A stretch of DNA of 64,000 bases from contig CATOCA020000001.1 in assembly GCA_951406725.2 (NCBI GenBank), forward strand, positions 11,780,001 to 11,844,000, given 5' to 3'. Origin of the DNA: Octopus vulgaris (lineage: Eukaryota). A program made the translations under genes and the position numbers. The notes beneath the pieces were generated by a model that was not told where the DNA came from, did no database searches, and saw only the letters and a program-made list of their open reading frames with translations. Of this stretch, positions 27,157 to 41,919 are shown piece after piece (position 1 is the stretch's first letter; each line of letters begins with the position of its first letter).

Positions 27157-27851
27157 TATTATTACTATTTTTATCATTATTCAGTATTTTTATTTTTATA
27201 GCGTGCTTTCACTTCACTACCGAGCGCAGCTCTGTGTGCCTTGGGTATGTGCTGTGATTTGTTGTGTGTCTTATCTAGTTCATGGATTCCTAAGTATTTG
27301 TAAGTTTCGCTTTGGTCTAATTCTTTTATTTCATTGGTTTTATATAGTTTGATGTTGTTACTCTTAACTAGTTTTCCTCTTTTCAGGGTTACTTTGGCGC
27401 ATTTTTCCAATCCAAATTTCATATCTATTTCTTTGGTAAACCCATGAACTGTCTTTAATAGTATTTCCAGCTGTTTGTCATTTGGAGCGTATAGTTTTAG
27501 GTCATCCATATATAAAAAGTGGCTGATCGTTTTGCCGTAACATTTATATCCGCATCCAGTTCTATATAGCATATCAGATAGGGGTGACAATGCCAAGCAG
27601 AAAAGGAGTGGAGAGAGCGTGACTCCCTGGAATATTCTTCTTCTAATGGGGATGTCTTTGGTTTTCATGAGCCCCTCTTTTGTTTGGAGCTGTAGCACTG
27701 TTTGCCATTTATTCATCGTGTGCCCTATGAATTTTATGATTGTTGGTGCTACTTTGTTAATGGCTAGTGTTTCGAGGATCCATGCGTGGGGGATGCTATC
27801 AAACGCCTTTTTGTAGTCGATCCAGCGCCTTTTTGTAGTCGATCCTACGCC

Positions 27852-27897
<46 letters not shown>

Positions 27898-28450
27898 GGA
27901 CTTGGAGAGCAGTGCATGCCATCAAAGTGACACTGGGGTAAAATATCCGAAGCCCAGTATACCCATCATGATTACCCGTCTGATAAGGGTACACCAGGCA
28001 CATGCATCACAACCATATTTGTTCGACATGGTGATCTCATATCAAGATAAACAGCACATGACCTTGCATGTGGGGCCCAGTTAGAATTTTCTTCAGGTCG
28101 AGTAACCCATCCCACTCGAAAGGTCCCTGAATAAGAGCTGTTTAAGGATGTTGAACGAAACACCCATGTTTCCAGAGGTGAATTATGCAAACCCCAAAGA
28201 ATCCCTCTCAACAAACGGCTATGTTGCTACCCCACTACTTCTGCTCTTGATCAGAGATGCACATATCGTCAGCCACTAAGGGACATGCTCAACTGGTTAA
28301 GGTCAAACAACTGACAAGCAACTCTGTGGTATTGAGCAGAACATTTGCTGTAGACCAACTTTTATACCAAGACAAAACAAAGTACATGATAACACTTCCA
28401 ATCAGTTAAGATCAGAAGACATGAGAGCCACTATTATTATTATTATTATC

Positions 28451-28495
<45 letters not shown>

Positions 28496-28598
28496 CATCT
28501 ATTATTATTATTATTATTATTATATTATTATTATTATTATTATTATAACTCGAAACCAGTAACACCTATACACGTGATGTCTATTCTGCTTTACTTAC

Positions 28599-28715
28599 CA
28601 ACGCAAATTCTACCGTTCAACTCGAACCCAGGACTGCAGGCACATGTGAAGGATCCTGGTATGTTGGTGCATGTCCCCTGTGCCCCACATGGGTCTGCGG
28701 TGCACTCGTCTATGT
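28599..28715 (-). CDS. cbEGF exon 5 (…[10 protein letters not shown])
   Basis: AG/GT boundaries, 117 nt. Confidence 0.92.
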
Positions 28716-28886
28716 CTGAAAAGTAAAACAATTTTATTGCATGGATATAATACTTATGTTTCACCATCATCAATCATCATCATCATCAATCATCACCATC
28801 AATAATCTTCACCAATCATCACAATCAATCATCAATCATCACAATCAATCATCAATCATCACAATCTCTCATCAATCATCACCAAA

Positions 28887-28918
<32 letters not shown>

Positions 28919-29021
28919 AGATCATCATCAATCACCAATCATCATCAATCATCAATCATCATTAATCATCATCATCATCATTCTCATCATCCCCATCATC
29001 ATCAACATCATCGACATCATC

Positions 29022-29086
<65 letters not shown>

Positions 29087-29781
29087 TATTATTACTATTT
29101 TTATCATTATTCAGTATTTTTATTTTTATAGCGTGCTTTCACTTCACTACCGAGCGCAGCTCTGTGTGCCTTGGGTATGTGCTGTGATTTGTTGTGTGTC
29201 TTATCTAGTTCATGGATTCCTAAGTATTTGTAAGTTTCGCTTTGGTCTAATTCTTTTATTTCATTGGTTTTATATAGTTTGATGTTGTTACTCTTAACTA
29301 GTTTTCCTCTTTTCAGGGTTACTTTGGCGCATTTTTCCAATCCAAATTTCATATCTATTTCTTTGGTAAACCCATGAACTGTCTTTAATAGTATTTCCAG
29401 CTGTTTGTCATTTGGAGCGTATAGTTTTAGGTCATCCATATATAAAAAGTGGCTGATCGTTTTGCCGTAACATTTATATCCGCATCCAGTTCTATATAGC
29501 ATATCAGATAGGGGTGACAATGCCAAGCAGAAAAGGAGTGGAGAGAGCGTGACTCCCTGGAATATTCTTCTTCTAATGGGGATGTCTTTGGTTTTCATGA
29601 GCCCCTCTTTTGTTTGGAGCTGTAGCACTGTTTGCCATTTATTCATCGTGTGCCCTATGAATTTTATGATTGTTGGTGCTACTTTGTTAATGGCTAGTGT
29701 TTCGAGGATCCATGCGTGGGGGATGCTATCAAACGCCTTTTTGTAGTCGATCCAGCGCCTTTTTGTAGTCGATCCTACGCC

Positions 29782-29851
<70 letters not shown>

Positions 29852-30404
29852 GGACTTGGAGAGCAGTGCATGCCATCAAAGTGACACTGGGGTAAAATAT
29901 CCGAAGCCCAGTATACCCATCATGATTACCCGTCTGATAAGGGTACACCAGGCACATGCATCACAACCATATTTGTTCGACATGGTGATCTCATATCAAG
30001 ATAAACAGCACATGACCTTGCATGTGGGGCCCAGTTAGAATTTTCTTCAGGTCGAGTAACCCATCCCACTCGAAAGGTCCCTGAATAAGAGCTGTTTAAG
30101 GATGTTGAACGAAACACCCATGTTTCCAGAGGTGAATTATGCAAACCCCAAAGAATCCCTCTCAACAAACGGCTATGTTGCTACCCCACTACTTCTGCTC
30201 TTGATCAGAGATGCACATATCGTCAGCCACTAAGGGACATGCTCAACTGGTTAAGGTCAAACAACTGACAAGCAACTCTGTGGTATTGAGCAGAACATTT
30301 GCTGTAGACCAACTTTTATACCAAGACAAAACAAAGTACATGATAACACTTCCAATCAGTTAAGATCAGAAGACATGAGAGCCACTATTATTATTATTAT
30401 TATC

Positions 30405-30474
<70 letters not shown>

Positions 30475-30719
30475 GTTATTATTATTATTATTCCTTCCGA
30501 CGCCGATGGACGTACGTGAATCAGCTCCGTGAATTTGACACCAATTTCATTGGAAATCTGTTGATAAGTTTTGATATTTTTTAATATTTTTGTAGCCAAA
30601 CCGACGGCTTCTTGCGGAGCTCGTCGGTTGGGCGAAATTTTGCCCCATTCGGGGTGAAATTGTGTTTTAAAATTTTGAACATTTGACATTTTAAACTTTT
30701 TGAATATTACAAAAAAAAC

Positions 30720-31743
30720 ATGGCTATGAAGCGAACAGTTGGCTGTTCCTTCCTTCAAGATACATTCCCTCCGCAAACACACACAACTCGTACAAAACAC
30801 CCACTTCACGCCTTAAAAGGCAACAAAGATCCTCCTTCCGAACCGGAGAGCACGAGCTCCGTTCAAAAGGAGAATGCAAGCCAGGACGTCGCGTTCGACG
30901 TAATTCTCGATTTTCCCCCTCTGCCTTCAGCCAATGCTTTGGTACGGAAGGAGGAGGAAGGAAAAACAATTACAAAAATCATTACAAACATTGACACGGA
31001 GAAAAAAGAAAAAACTTCCAACAATTTTGCTTCTGCTGCGAAACAAATTTCGGAGGAAGTTAAGATAACTCTAGAAGATGTGAAAAGAGCGAAGGAGTTG
31101 TTGAGGAAGGATGGCAATGGCATCTTCCTCAATACTCCACAAGAGGTGATTGAAAGCACCAACAAGAAAACAATAATATACAAAGTTTTCGACAGAAAAC
31201 TAAAAAGAATGACAAATGCCACACCCCAACAGTTGGAGATAGTTCTAAAGCCCATTTGGGCCCAAAAGAGCTACGTAACCAAGGGGAAGCGTTTTGGAAC
31301 CGTGGAGGTTCGCTTCCCAACAGAGGAGCTTGCAAGGGCGAACGCCATTTCGCCCTTGCAAACTGAGAATTTGTTACTAGTTCCGACCCACCTCGGGCGA
31401 AGAGTAACAAAAATAAAAATCGACCTCGCCCCCCCTGAGCTAGATATGTCATGGCTGGTGGCAGCTGTCCTCTATGATATAGAGGACACTACCACCATTC
31501 TAGATGTCAGGAGAGTGAGGGCGAAAAACTGGTTGGGGATGGGAGTGCTGCTTCTTGCGCAAATTCAGCAAGAGAATATCAGTAAAGTCCCTGATTTCGT
31601 AAGTTTGCCGGACGGCACCAGGCTAAACGTTGCTGTGGAGGGGCGAAAGCCAAAATGTTTCCTCTGCAGCAGCGAAAGCCACTTAAAGAGGGACTGTCCC
31701 ATTCACAAAAAGAGGATGGAGGCTTTCAGCAAGAGGCAGCAGC

Positions 31744-31774
<31 letters not shown>

Positions 31775-32560
31775 CAAGCAACAACAACAACAGAAACATC
31801 AAAAACAGCAAGAAACACCAAAGGCTGCCACACCACCAACACCAACACCAGCACCAAGACGAACAACACCACCTCCAACAACAACAACCACCACCAAACC
31901 AACACCGACAACCACCACCAAACCAACACCGACACCAGTACCTCGAAGGTCGACAGCAGCGACATCAACAGCAACAGGAGCAGCGGCACCACCGATACAG
32001 GCGGAACCAAAAACCTTTCGTCCTGCTACTGAAGCAGACCCCTCAACCATTCCTTTGCCGGATGAAGAGTCGGATTGTGCGAGCTCTGATTCCAACAAAG
32101 GAGAATGGAGTATAGTGCCTCCAAAGAAGAAAAGGAGGAAGAAACAAAAAGATTTACAGGGGAAGCACGAACAAATAGTGCTTCCCAACATCAACAACAA
32201 CAACAACAACAACAAACAACAACAACACTTTCGACACCACTACTGCCACTGCCACACACACAAACACACACAGACACAATTACATCAATAAACACAAAGA
32301 ACCAAAAACTAGTGGAGTACTTAAAAAACAAAACTAGTACAAATATAACCGATTTCATCATACCAACACAAAACACACCACCAGCACACATTCTCACAAT
32401 AAAAATAAATGCAAAAACATATGATGAAATCAAACAAATATTCCCTAACGATGTGGGATCGCTAGGGAAAAGTTTCTCGAAGAAACTTTATAAAAACATT
32501 GTGGAAGCACCCGTGCAAAAGCACAAGGGAGCCACCCCCACCACCAACAACAGTAAGTAG
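30720..32560 (+). CDS. LINE ORF1 with CCHC knuckle (CFLCSSESHLKRDC) and Q/T/P-rich tail; probable frameshift in a CAA tract near 32200
   Basis: ORFs 30720-32291 and 32105-32560. Confidence 0.75.
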
Positions 32561-32597
32561 AGCCTTTTTTCTCCTTTTTTTCCCCCTACTTTGAGAC

Positions 32598-35500
32598 ATG
32601 GCAAATCTTAGAATCGGTTGCTTGAATGTGAGAGGCCTCGGGTCACCTTGGAAACAGGGTCACCTGTTAAACGACCTGAGGTTTCATGATGTGGATGTAG
32701 CAGCCATCAGTGAAACCAGGCTCTCCGACCCGCAGGAACTCGCAGCCCTTTTCGGCGGATACGAGATATTTCTATCTCCGTGTCGGCCGGGAGCGGGCGG
32801 TGGTGGTACTGCGGTGTTGTTTCGGAAGGGCCTGGATTTGAAAATAAGGATAGTCTTTCTGGATCCGGAAGGTAAGTTGGTGGTCCTCGACGTGGACGGT
32901 AGTGACGGCGGTGCTTTCAGACTGCTGGCTGCCTACACTCCGACAGGAGCAGGGCAGTCGGATTATTTCAAACGTCTGGAAGTTTTCCTGGGAACGTCAC
33001 GCACTCTAGTGCTAGTTGGGGATTGGAACGCTGTCTTAGACGAACGTTTCGATCGGGTGGGCAGGGGAGCGTCTGATAGGAGAGGGGGAGGGTGCAAGAG
33101 CCTCGCCAACCTACTCGGCCGCTTTCAGCTGTCCGACAGGTTTCGACTAGACAACCCGAATGTGCCAATGTGGACTTGGACAAACCGCATCGGGTCGTCT
33201 AGATCGTACTTAGATAGAGTGTTTTGTAGGCCAGCGGATAAGGACAGCGTAGGGTGTCCACAATTCCACCTAGTCGAATATTCAGACCACAAATTAGTGA
33301 TCTGTACGGTCGACTTAGATAGGCTACATAGACAGGGACCAGGCTACTGGAAGCTGAACGCGTCGTTAACGGCGTGCAAAGCTTACAGAGACCGGATTAG
33401 TTTACTAGTTAAGCGGGCGCTCACGGGGGCAATCATCAACAACAACTGGTGGTTTGCCCTCAAGAGAGCAATTAGAGTAGAGTCGATTAGGTATAGTAAG
33501 ACTCTAGCTATTGAACGTAGGAAGAGAGAGCGGGATTTAGTTAAGAAACTAGACGAGGCTCTTGACACTGGCATCGCGACCGACGTGTTGGCGGCAAGGT
33601 TGGCCCTCGACCAACACTTCGACGCCAAACACGAAGGCTGCGTTGTCAGAGCTAAGGCACGTTCGCTAAGCAGGGAGGGGACTAGAGCCGCTCGATGGGC
33701 CCGCGTGGCGGAGGCGAAGCGAGGCAACAGAGCAACCATTCGGTCTTTGGTGGACCAGAACGGGCGCGAGTTTACCGAACCGAAGCAGATGTGTACGGTG
33801 CTTCAGCGGCACTTTGCTCAACTGTTTGGGACGAGCGGTGGAACGGACACCAACAGTACAGACTTCGGTGTGTACCTGGACGGCCTACCGCAACTCTCGG
33901 ACAGCGAGGCAGAGTGCTGCGAAGGACCGATATCTGCCTGGGAAGTACAGGAAGCGATGAAGAGTTGCACGAGAGGTAGATCGCCGGGTTTGGATGGTCT
34001 GCCCTACGAGCTTTACTTTTCAATGCCAGACTTGTTTGCGGACCTGTTGGCAAACGTCTACTGCAACTGGCAGTAAAACGGGAGAATTCCTGCTTTTGTC
34101 TGTCGAGGGGTGGTGGCTTTGCTAAAGAAGGACCCAAACAAGGGGGACGTTATAGGGAATTTCCGGCCCATCACTCTGCTCAATGCAGAGTTGAAGATTT
34201 TGGCCAAGGTGCTAGCCAAGAGATTGGCGCTTGTCGTGGATAAGCTGGTCGGCAAGACGCAGACATGCGCCGTGCCGACCAGGTCGATACACGACAAACT
34301 CCATCTCATGCGCTACATCGTAGAGAGGGTGGGTAACGACGCTGGCGCGGGTGGGGCTTTGATCAACTTGGATCAGAGTAAAGCCTTCGATAGGGTAGAC
34401 CATCGGTACATGGCAGCTGTCCTCAGGGCAGCCGGCTTCGGTCCAGTCTTCCGCGGGTGGATCACTGCTTTATACAGCAACATCTGCTCGGTGATACGGG
34501 TGAACGGTCACCTTTCGGAACCGTTCGACATCTCGCGTTCGGTCCGCCAAGGATGCCCTCTCTCATCCCTCTTGTACATTTTGACTCTCGAGCCATTACT
34601 GCGCAAGTTGGAGGCTTTGAGGGGTATCCCGCGCGATCTAGGAGGCGGAAACAGCGTGTCTGCTTATGCCGACGACGTCACCGTGGTGGTGTCGAGCCAC
34701 AGGCACATTGGCCTGATTGGCGAGACGCTAAACCAGTACGAAGCGGTGACAGGAGCAAAGATTAACGCGGAAAAGTCTGTGGGCTTGCAACTGGGCACCT
34801 GGAGAGGCAAGCCCATGCCGTCCAACAGCGTCGTAGGGCGCTGGACAGACGGACCCGTTAAACTGCTCGGGGTCTGGTTCGGTCCGGACCTCCAGGTGGA
34901 TAAGAACTGGGAAGAGGTGACGAGCAGGGTGGCACGTCTCACCCAGAAATGGGCCGAGAGGAAGCTGTCCCTGAAAGGTCGAGCGGAGGTGGCGAATGCG
35001 TACATCGCATCCGTCATCTATTACCGCTTGACCGTCGTCCCTTGTCCCGACCGCTGGTTGGCCAAGCTGGTACGTCTGCTCTTCGACTTTTTGTGGAAGG
35101 GTCAGGTGCCACTGGTCAGGCGATCCATCTGCTGTCAACGACCGCTGAACGGAGGCCTTGGAATGCCGTGGTTGCTGTTGCGCAGACATGCGCTCAGGCT
35201 GCGGCATCTCAAGCGCTTCCTAGACGGTGAACAGGTGTGGTCGTCTTTTGTCAGACGCGATTTTCCGCAGCTCGTCTCTTTGACGGAGCTGCAGACCTGG
35301 ATCAAACGTAGACCGAGAAAGGGCGCTTGGCACCTCGAGTGCCGTCAAGCCCTCTCCGCCCTCCGTCAGGCGGGCAATGCGATCGGTTACAGCTCCACTC
35401 TAGCGTTCTATAGAGGGTTAGTGGAGGAAAAATGCGACGACGTTCTCGGGGAAACTCTAGGCGTTGAAGATGACGAACTGTGCGGTCTGTTCGGGAGGAC

Positions 35501-36017
35501 TTTCGGGCCGGGGCCGATGGATAATTTCCAGAGGTCTCTCGCCTGGCAGTGCTACCGAGGGGCTCTGCCTGTTCGAGATAAACTCTACCGGCACGGAAGT
35601 GCCGTCAGCCGGGCCTGCCCGAGGTGTTGCCAGGACGACGAAACCGTTCTGCACGCACTCGTCCAGTGCCCGAGTATTGCTGAAATATGGGTTTATGTCG
35701 AACAGCTACTGTCACGTGTAGGACGGATCCGACTATCGGCCGAATCCATTGTGAAGATTGCCCCGCCGACCTCCTTTAACAAGGAGGGCGAGGCCGTTTT
35801 CTTGTGCCTAGTGGCTGTGGCGGAAGAGGTCGTGTGGTGGACTCGTTTGAAAGGGCTAAAGTCAGACACTTTCCTCATCAACTTTTACAAGTTTCACTTG
35901 AAAAGGAAGATGAGGTTAGAGAGGAAAGTGCTGTCCGATAGCAAGTTTTATGAAAGGTGGGTGAATTGTGCGAGACTGGCCTGTATAAATGGACCAGTTC
36001 TCAGGTTTCGCCTGTGA
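32598..36017 (+). pseudogene. LINE ORF2 (APE endonuclease + RT + CCHC) with an in-frame TAA at 34074-34076
   Basis: CLNVRG, SETR, GDWN, YLDR, SDH; FRPITLLN, RQGCPLS, YADD; CPRC..ETVLHAL..C; both halves in the same frame. Confidence 0.92.
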
Positions 36018-36328
36018 TTTCAAAAAGGTAATGTAAAAGGAGAAGAAAGGGGACTCTCTACACCCCCTTTTTAGACTAGGCTCCCGTTGGCTTTTGTAGG
36101 GTTTTTTTCCACCAGGAACCTTTCGAAACGTCTCCCCCTTTTGGGAGTTTTTCATTGTTTTAATAATCATTGTTATAAAGTTTTTTACACGGATTTTTTA
36201 ACAAACGGACAAAACCCTTTGTAACCTTTCGTCCTGTCTTGTCCCCTTATGTAATCATGCGTGTTAACCCTTGTGGCCAATAAAAAAGAATTGATTATTA
36301 TTATTATTATAATTATTATTATTATTAA

Positions 36329-36372
<44 letters not shown>

Positions 36373-36383
36373 TATTATTATCA

Positions 36384-36414
<31 letters not shown>

Positions 36415-36466
36415 AACTTGAAACCTGTTACACCTATACACGTGATGTCTATTCGGATTTACTTAC

Positions 36467-36583
36467 CAACGCATGTTGTTCCGCTGTACACGTACCCTGC
36501 ATTACAGACACATGTGTAGGATCCTGGTGTGTTGGTGCACGCCCCCAGATCCCCGCATGGGTTTCCTGTGCACTCGTTTGTGT
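36467..36583 (-). CDS. cbEGF exon 4 ([39 protein letters not shown])
   Basis: TTTTCCAG / GTAAGT, 117 nt; absent from the ORF track. Confidence 0.92.
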
Positions 36584-36839
36584 CTGGAAAAGTAAAAGAA
36601 TTATATTGAATGGATATAATACTTATGTTTCATCATAATCAATCATCATCATCATCATCATCAATTATCATCATCAATCATCTTCAACAATCATCACCAT
36701 CAATCATCAATCACCAACAATCATCATCATCATCATCATCATCATCAATCATCAATCATCATTAATCATCATCATCATCGTCATCATCATCAACATCATC
36801 GACTTCATCATTATTATTGTTATTATTATTATTATTATT

Positions 36840-37060
36840 CAGTATTTTTATTTTTATAGCGTGCTTTCATTTCACTACCGAGCACAGCTCTGTGTGCCTT
36901 GGGTATGTGCTGTGATTTGTTGTGATGCTCTGATGGTTATTGTATGGAAAGTGTTCTGCGTAGGATGTGTGCAGTGCATAGTAGTGCAATTTTCTGTATG
37001 TTATATGTGTTTGTAAGTCCTGGTGTTTTTGTTATGTATTTGTATGATTGCTTTCTCGTT
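36840..37060 (-). mobile_element. Dong/R4-type LINE 3' fragment
   Basis: Same 3' end as 38670-39045; encodes ...IQKIALL.TAHILRRTLSIQ. Confidence 0.75.
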
Positions 37061-37079
37061 ATTATTATCATTATTATTA

Positions 37080-37141
<62 letters not shown>

Positions 37142-37192
37142 ACTTGAAACCAGTTACACCTATACGCGTGATGTCTGTTCTCCTTTACTTAC

Positions 37193-37309
37193 CAACGCAT
37201 GTTATTCCGTTGGACTCGTACCCTGCATTACAGGCACATGTGTAGGATCCTGGTGTGTTGGTGCAGGCCCCCTGTGGCCCGCATGGGTTCCGTCTGCACT
37301 CGTTTAAAT
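37193..37309 (-). CDS. cbEGF exon 3 ([39 protein letters not shown])
   Basis: AG/GT boundaries, 117 nt. Confidence 0.92.
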
Positions 37310-37353
37310 CTGAAAAGTAAAACAATATTACTACGTGAATATAATACTTATGT

Positions 37354-37398
<45 letters not shown>

Positions 37399-37501
37399 GT
37401 CATCATCATCATCACAATAATCATCGTCATTCTTTATATCGTTATTATTATTATTACTATTATTATTCTTTTTATTATTATTATCATTATTATTATTATT
37501 A

Positions 37502-37548
<47 letters not shown>

Positions 37549-37602
37549 GTTATAATTATTATTATTATCATTATTATTATTATTATCATTATTATTATTA
37601 TA

Positions 37603-37636
<34 letters not shown>

Positions 37637-37800
37637 CATTATTATTATTATTATTATCATTATTATTATTACTATTTTAATCATTATTATCATTATTATT
37701 ATTACTATTTTAATCATTATTATCATTATTATTATTATTATTATTGTAACTTGAAACCAGTTACACCTATACGCGTGATGTTGTCTATTGTTTTAATTAC

Positions 37801-37917
37801 CAATGCATGTTATTCCGTTGAACACAAACCCTTGATTACAGACACATGTGTAGGATCCTTCGTTGTTGGTGCATGTCCCCTGTGCCCCGCATGGGTTTCC
37901 TGTGCACTCGTTTTTGT
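37801..37917 (-). CDS. cbEGF exon 2 ([39 protein letters not shown])
   Basis: TTTTCAG / GTAATT, 117 nt. Confidence 0.92.
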
Positions 37918-37961
37918 CTGAAAAGTAAAACAATATTACTACGTGAATATAATGCTTATGC

Positions 37962-37992
<31 letters not shown>

Positions 37993-38034
37993 ACATCATC
38001 ATCGTCATCATCATCATAATCTTATTGTTACCAC

Positions 38035-39208
<1,174 letters not shown>

Positions 39209-39266
39209 CATGATTATTATTATTATCATTATGTTTATTATTATCATTATTATTATTATTATTATC

Positions 39267-39313
<47 letters not shown>

Positions 39314-39350
39314 GATTATTATTATTATTATGATTATTATTATATTATTA

Positions 39351-39381
<31 letters not shown>

Positions 39382-39454
39382 ATATTATTATTATTATTAT
39401 TATTATTATTATCATTATGTTTATTATTATTATTATTATTATTATTCTTATTAT

Positions 39455-39506
<52 letters not shown>

Positions 39507-39522
39507 TTTTAAATTGTTATTA

Positions 39523-39569
<47 letters not shown>

Positions 39570-39623
39570 ACATGAAACCTGTTACACCTTTACCTGTGAT
39601 TTTGTCTATTCTGCTTTACTTAC

Positions 39624-39740
39624 CAATGCATGTTCTGCTGTTAAATTGGAACCCTGGATTACAGGTGCATGTGTAGGATCCTAGTGTGTTGGTACATGTC
39701 CCCTGTGTCCCGCATGGGTTCCCTGTGCACTCGTTTATGT
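39624..39740 (-). CDS. cbEGF exon 1 ([39 protein letters not shown])
   Basis: TTTTCCAG / GTAAGT, 117 nt; absent from the ORF track. Confidence 0.92.
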
Positions 39741-39785
39741 CTGGAAAATTAAAATAATTGTATTGCATGGATATAACACTTATGT

Positions 39786-39822
<37 letters not shown>

Positions 39823-39925
39823 ACGTCGTCATCGTCATCAACGTCGTCATGGTCGTATTCCTCGTCCTTGTCCTCCTCTTCGTCCTCCTCACCGTCCTCG
39901 TCGTTGTTGTGGTTGTTGTTATTAT

Positions 39926-40135
39926 TAAGGTGATGAGTCGGCAGAATCGTGAACACGCTGGTCAAAATTATTGGTGTAATTTCGTCTTTCCGAGTTCAAA
40001 TTCTGCCAATGTTGACGTTGTAATCCATTGTTACGGAGTCGATGAAATGGACACTATTCAAGTATTAGTGTCGATGTAATCGACTGACCCCGACCTACCC
40101 CCAAATATCAGGCCTTATGCCCATTGTAGAATAAG
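39926..40135 (+). mobile_element. Degenerate SINE related to the 60.7-64 kb satellite monomer
   Basis: GGTGATGAGTCGGCAGAATCGT...GAGTTCAAATTCTGCC...GTCGATGTAATCGAC. Confidence 0.6.
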
Positions 40136-40478
40136 TTAAATGCACCATCTTCTTTTAACAGATGTCAGATCTTTCTCAGCTCAGTTGGTGTGGCAAAGGG
40201 ATTATATACAACATCAAAATGGACACAAACTGATCAAATATGGTAGAAAGAAGACGAGACGACACGACGCTCATTTGCATATATTAGAATATAAAACTGG
40301 AAAAAGAAAATGGAAGAAATAGCGATGCTTTTCTTCAAAGGATTGTGATACGAAAGAAAAAGGAAATTTTAAACGAGACCATTGGTTATTATATTTGGAT
40401 ATAAAATAGAAAATATTAACAAAATATTAGGCCTTATCTAGACATAACACCCGGAGAGAACTGAACACATGTTCTTAC

Positions 40479-40555
40479 CTCTGCAATGTCCAAACGCGCC
40501 GGTCCATCCTGTACAGCATTTGTAACAAGTTGAAAAAAATATTCTGTAAGCTACC
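40479..40555 (-). CDS. Exon encoding an EMI-like domain C-terminus (VAYRIFFSTCYKCCTGWTGAFGHCR)
   Basis: Polypyrimidine TCTCTCTTAACAG acceptor, GTAAGA donor; ends in phase 1, in frame with the EGF exons; VAYR...CCxGW...C pattern. Confidence 0.8.
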
Positions 40556-40991
40556 CTGTTAAGAGAGAGAAGGATAGAAAAAGAAAATATAAAAACTGAA
40601 CAGTGACGATAATTTTAGACAATCGCACATACATACACATATGACACACATACACACACAGTCATACGCACGCACACGCACACACAGGTTACATGTTCAG
40701 AACTTACGCCTGTGTGTTTAGAAAATGTAAGTTTCCCAAATAATGTGCATTTTATATTCAAGGCTTTGATGAAGCTACAGGGTGTTATCCGGCTACTCAA
40801 CCAACACACCACCACATCACACAGCAGAAACAGCTGTTAGCCAATGAAGCTTATCATATAATTCCTCCGTTTTTCCAGTGTCATCTTTTTCTTTTCCCTT
40901 GCCACTCTATTCTCTTCTAACATTGTACTCTACACCACACGTGTATTGAGGTCTACACCAGGTTGTTATATTCGCTATGCCTACGCGAAAT

Positions 40992-41047
<56 letters not shown>

Positions 41048-41358
41048 TAAAAACGGTAAGATAACAAAAGAAAGAAAGAGACCTCAATATTATGTAAATA
41101 GAGGAAATTTATCTATAAAAAAATATAAATTCTTCTGTGTGTAAGATTCCTCAACCGATGTTAGGCGATAATCCCAAAAAGCCGTATTAGCTCTTAGTGA
41201 AGAATAGCGTCGTCCGGGATGTAATTTATTGGTAAAAACGGTAAGATAGCAATAAATTACATCCCGGACGACGCTATTCTTCACTAAGAGCTAATACGGC
41301 TTTTTTGGATTATTGCCTAACATCGGTTGAGGACTCTTACACACAGAAGAATTTTTAT

Positions 41359-41424
<66 letters not shown>

Positions 41425-41425
<1 letters not shown>

Positions 41426-41576
41426 GGCGCAATCACAGTTGTGTAGTAGGAAGCTCCACAACCACATTGTGTCAGTGTCAGTCCCACTGCGTGGCATTTT
41501 GGTCGTTTGTCTACTTCTCTAACCTCCGTCCGACCGAAGCCTTGTGCGGTAGACGGAGACTGAAAGAAGCCCGTCG

Positions 41577-41617
<41 letters not shown>

Positions 41618-41900
41618 ATATATATATATATGTATGTATATATATGTATATATATATATATATGTATGTATGTATATATAAATATATATATATTGATATA
41701 TATATATATATATACATGTGTGTCTCTGTATTTGTGTGTTTGTATATGTCTTTCCACCATCGCTTGAGAACCGATGTTGGTGTGTTTACGTCCCTGTAGT
41801 CTAGCGGTTCGGCAATGGCGGTAGGGTCGGTTTGTCGAACTAAAGGCTGTGCTCCAGCATGGCCACAGTTAAATTACCGTAACAAGTAAAAGAGTAATAG
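41425..41900 (+). mobile_element. tRNA-head SINE with internal microsatellite
   Basis: Related to copies at 47108-47530 and 56250-56605. Confidence 0.7.
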
Positions 41901-41919
41901 AAGAAAATATCACTTTATT

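Larger units (their letters stand above)
18846..30490. repeat. Tandem array of six ~1.94-kb units (EGF exon + CAT tract + deleted LINE + interspersed repeat + ATT tracts)
   Basis: Near-identical ORF sets recur at 1921-1955 bp spacing. Confidence 0.97.
30492..36290 (+). mobile_element. L1/Tx1-type LINE, apparently full length, inserted in an (ATT)n tract of an intron, antisense to the host gene
   Basis: 5' UTR, ORF1, ORF2 (APE-RT-CCHC), AATAAA then return to (ATT)n. Confidence 0.92.

Noticed and set aside
34074-34076. Programmed readthrough in Tx1 ORF2
   Set aside because: A single CAA/GAA/AAA-to-TAA nonsense change is the simpler explanation
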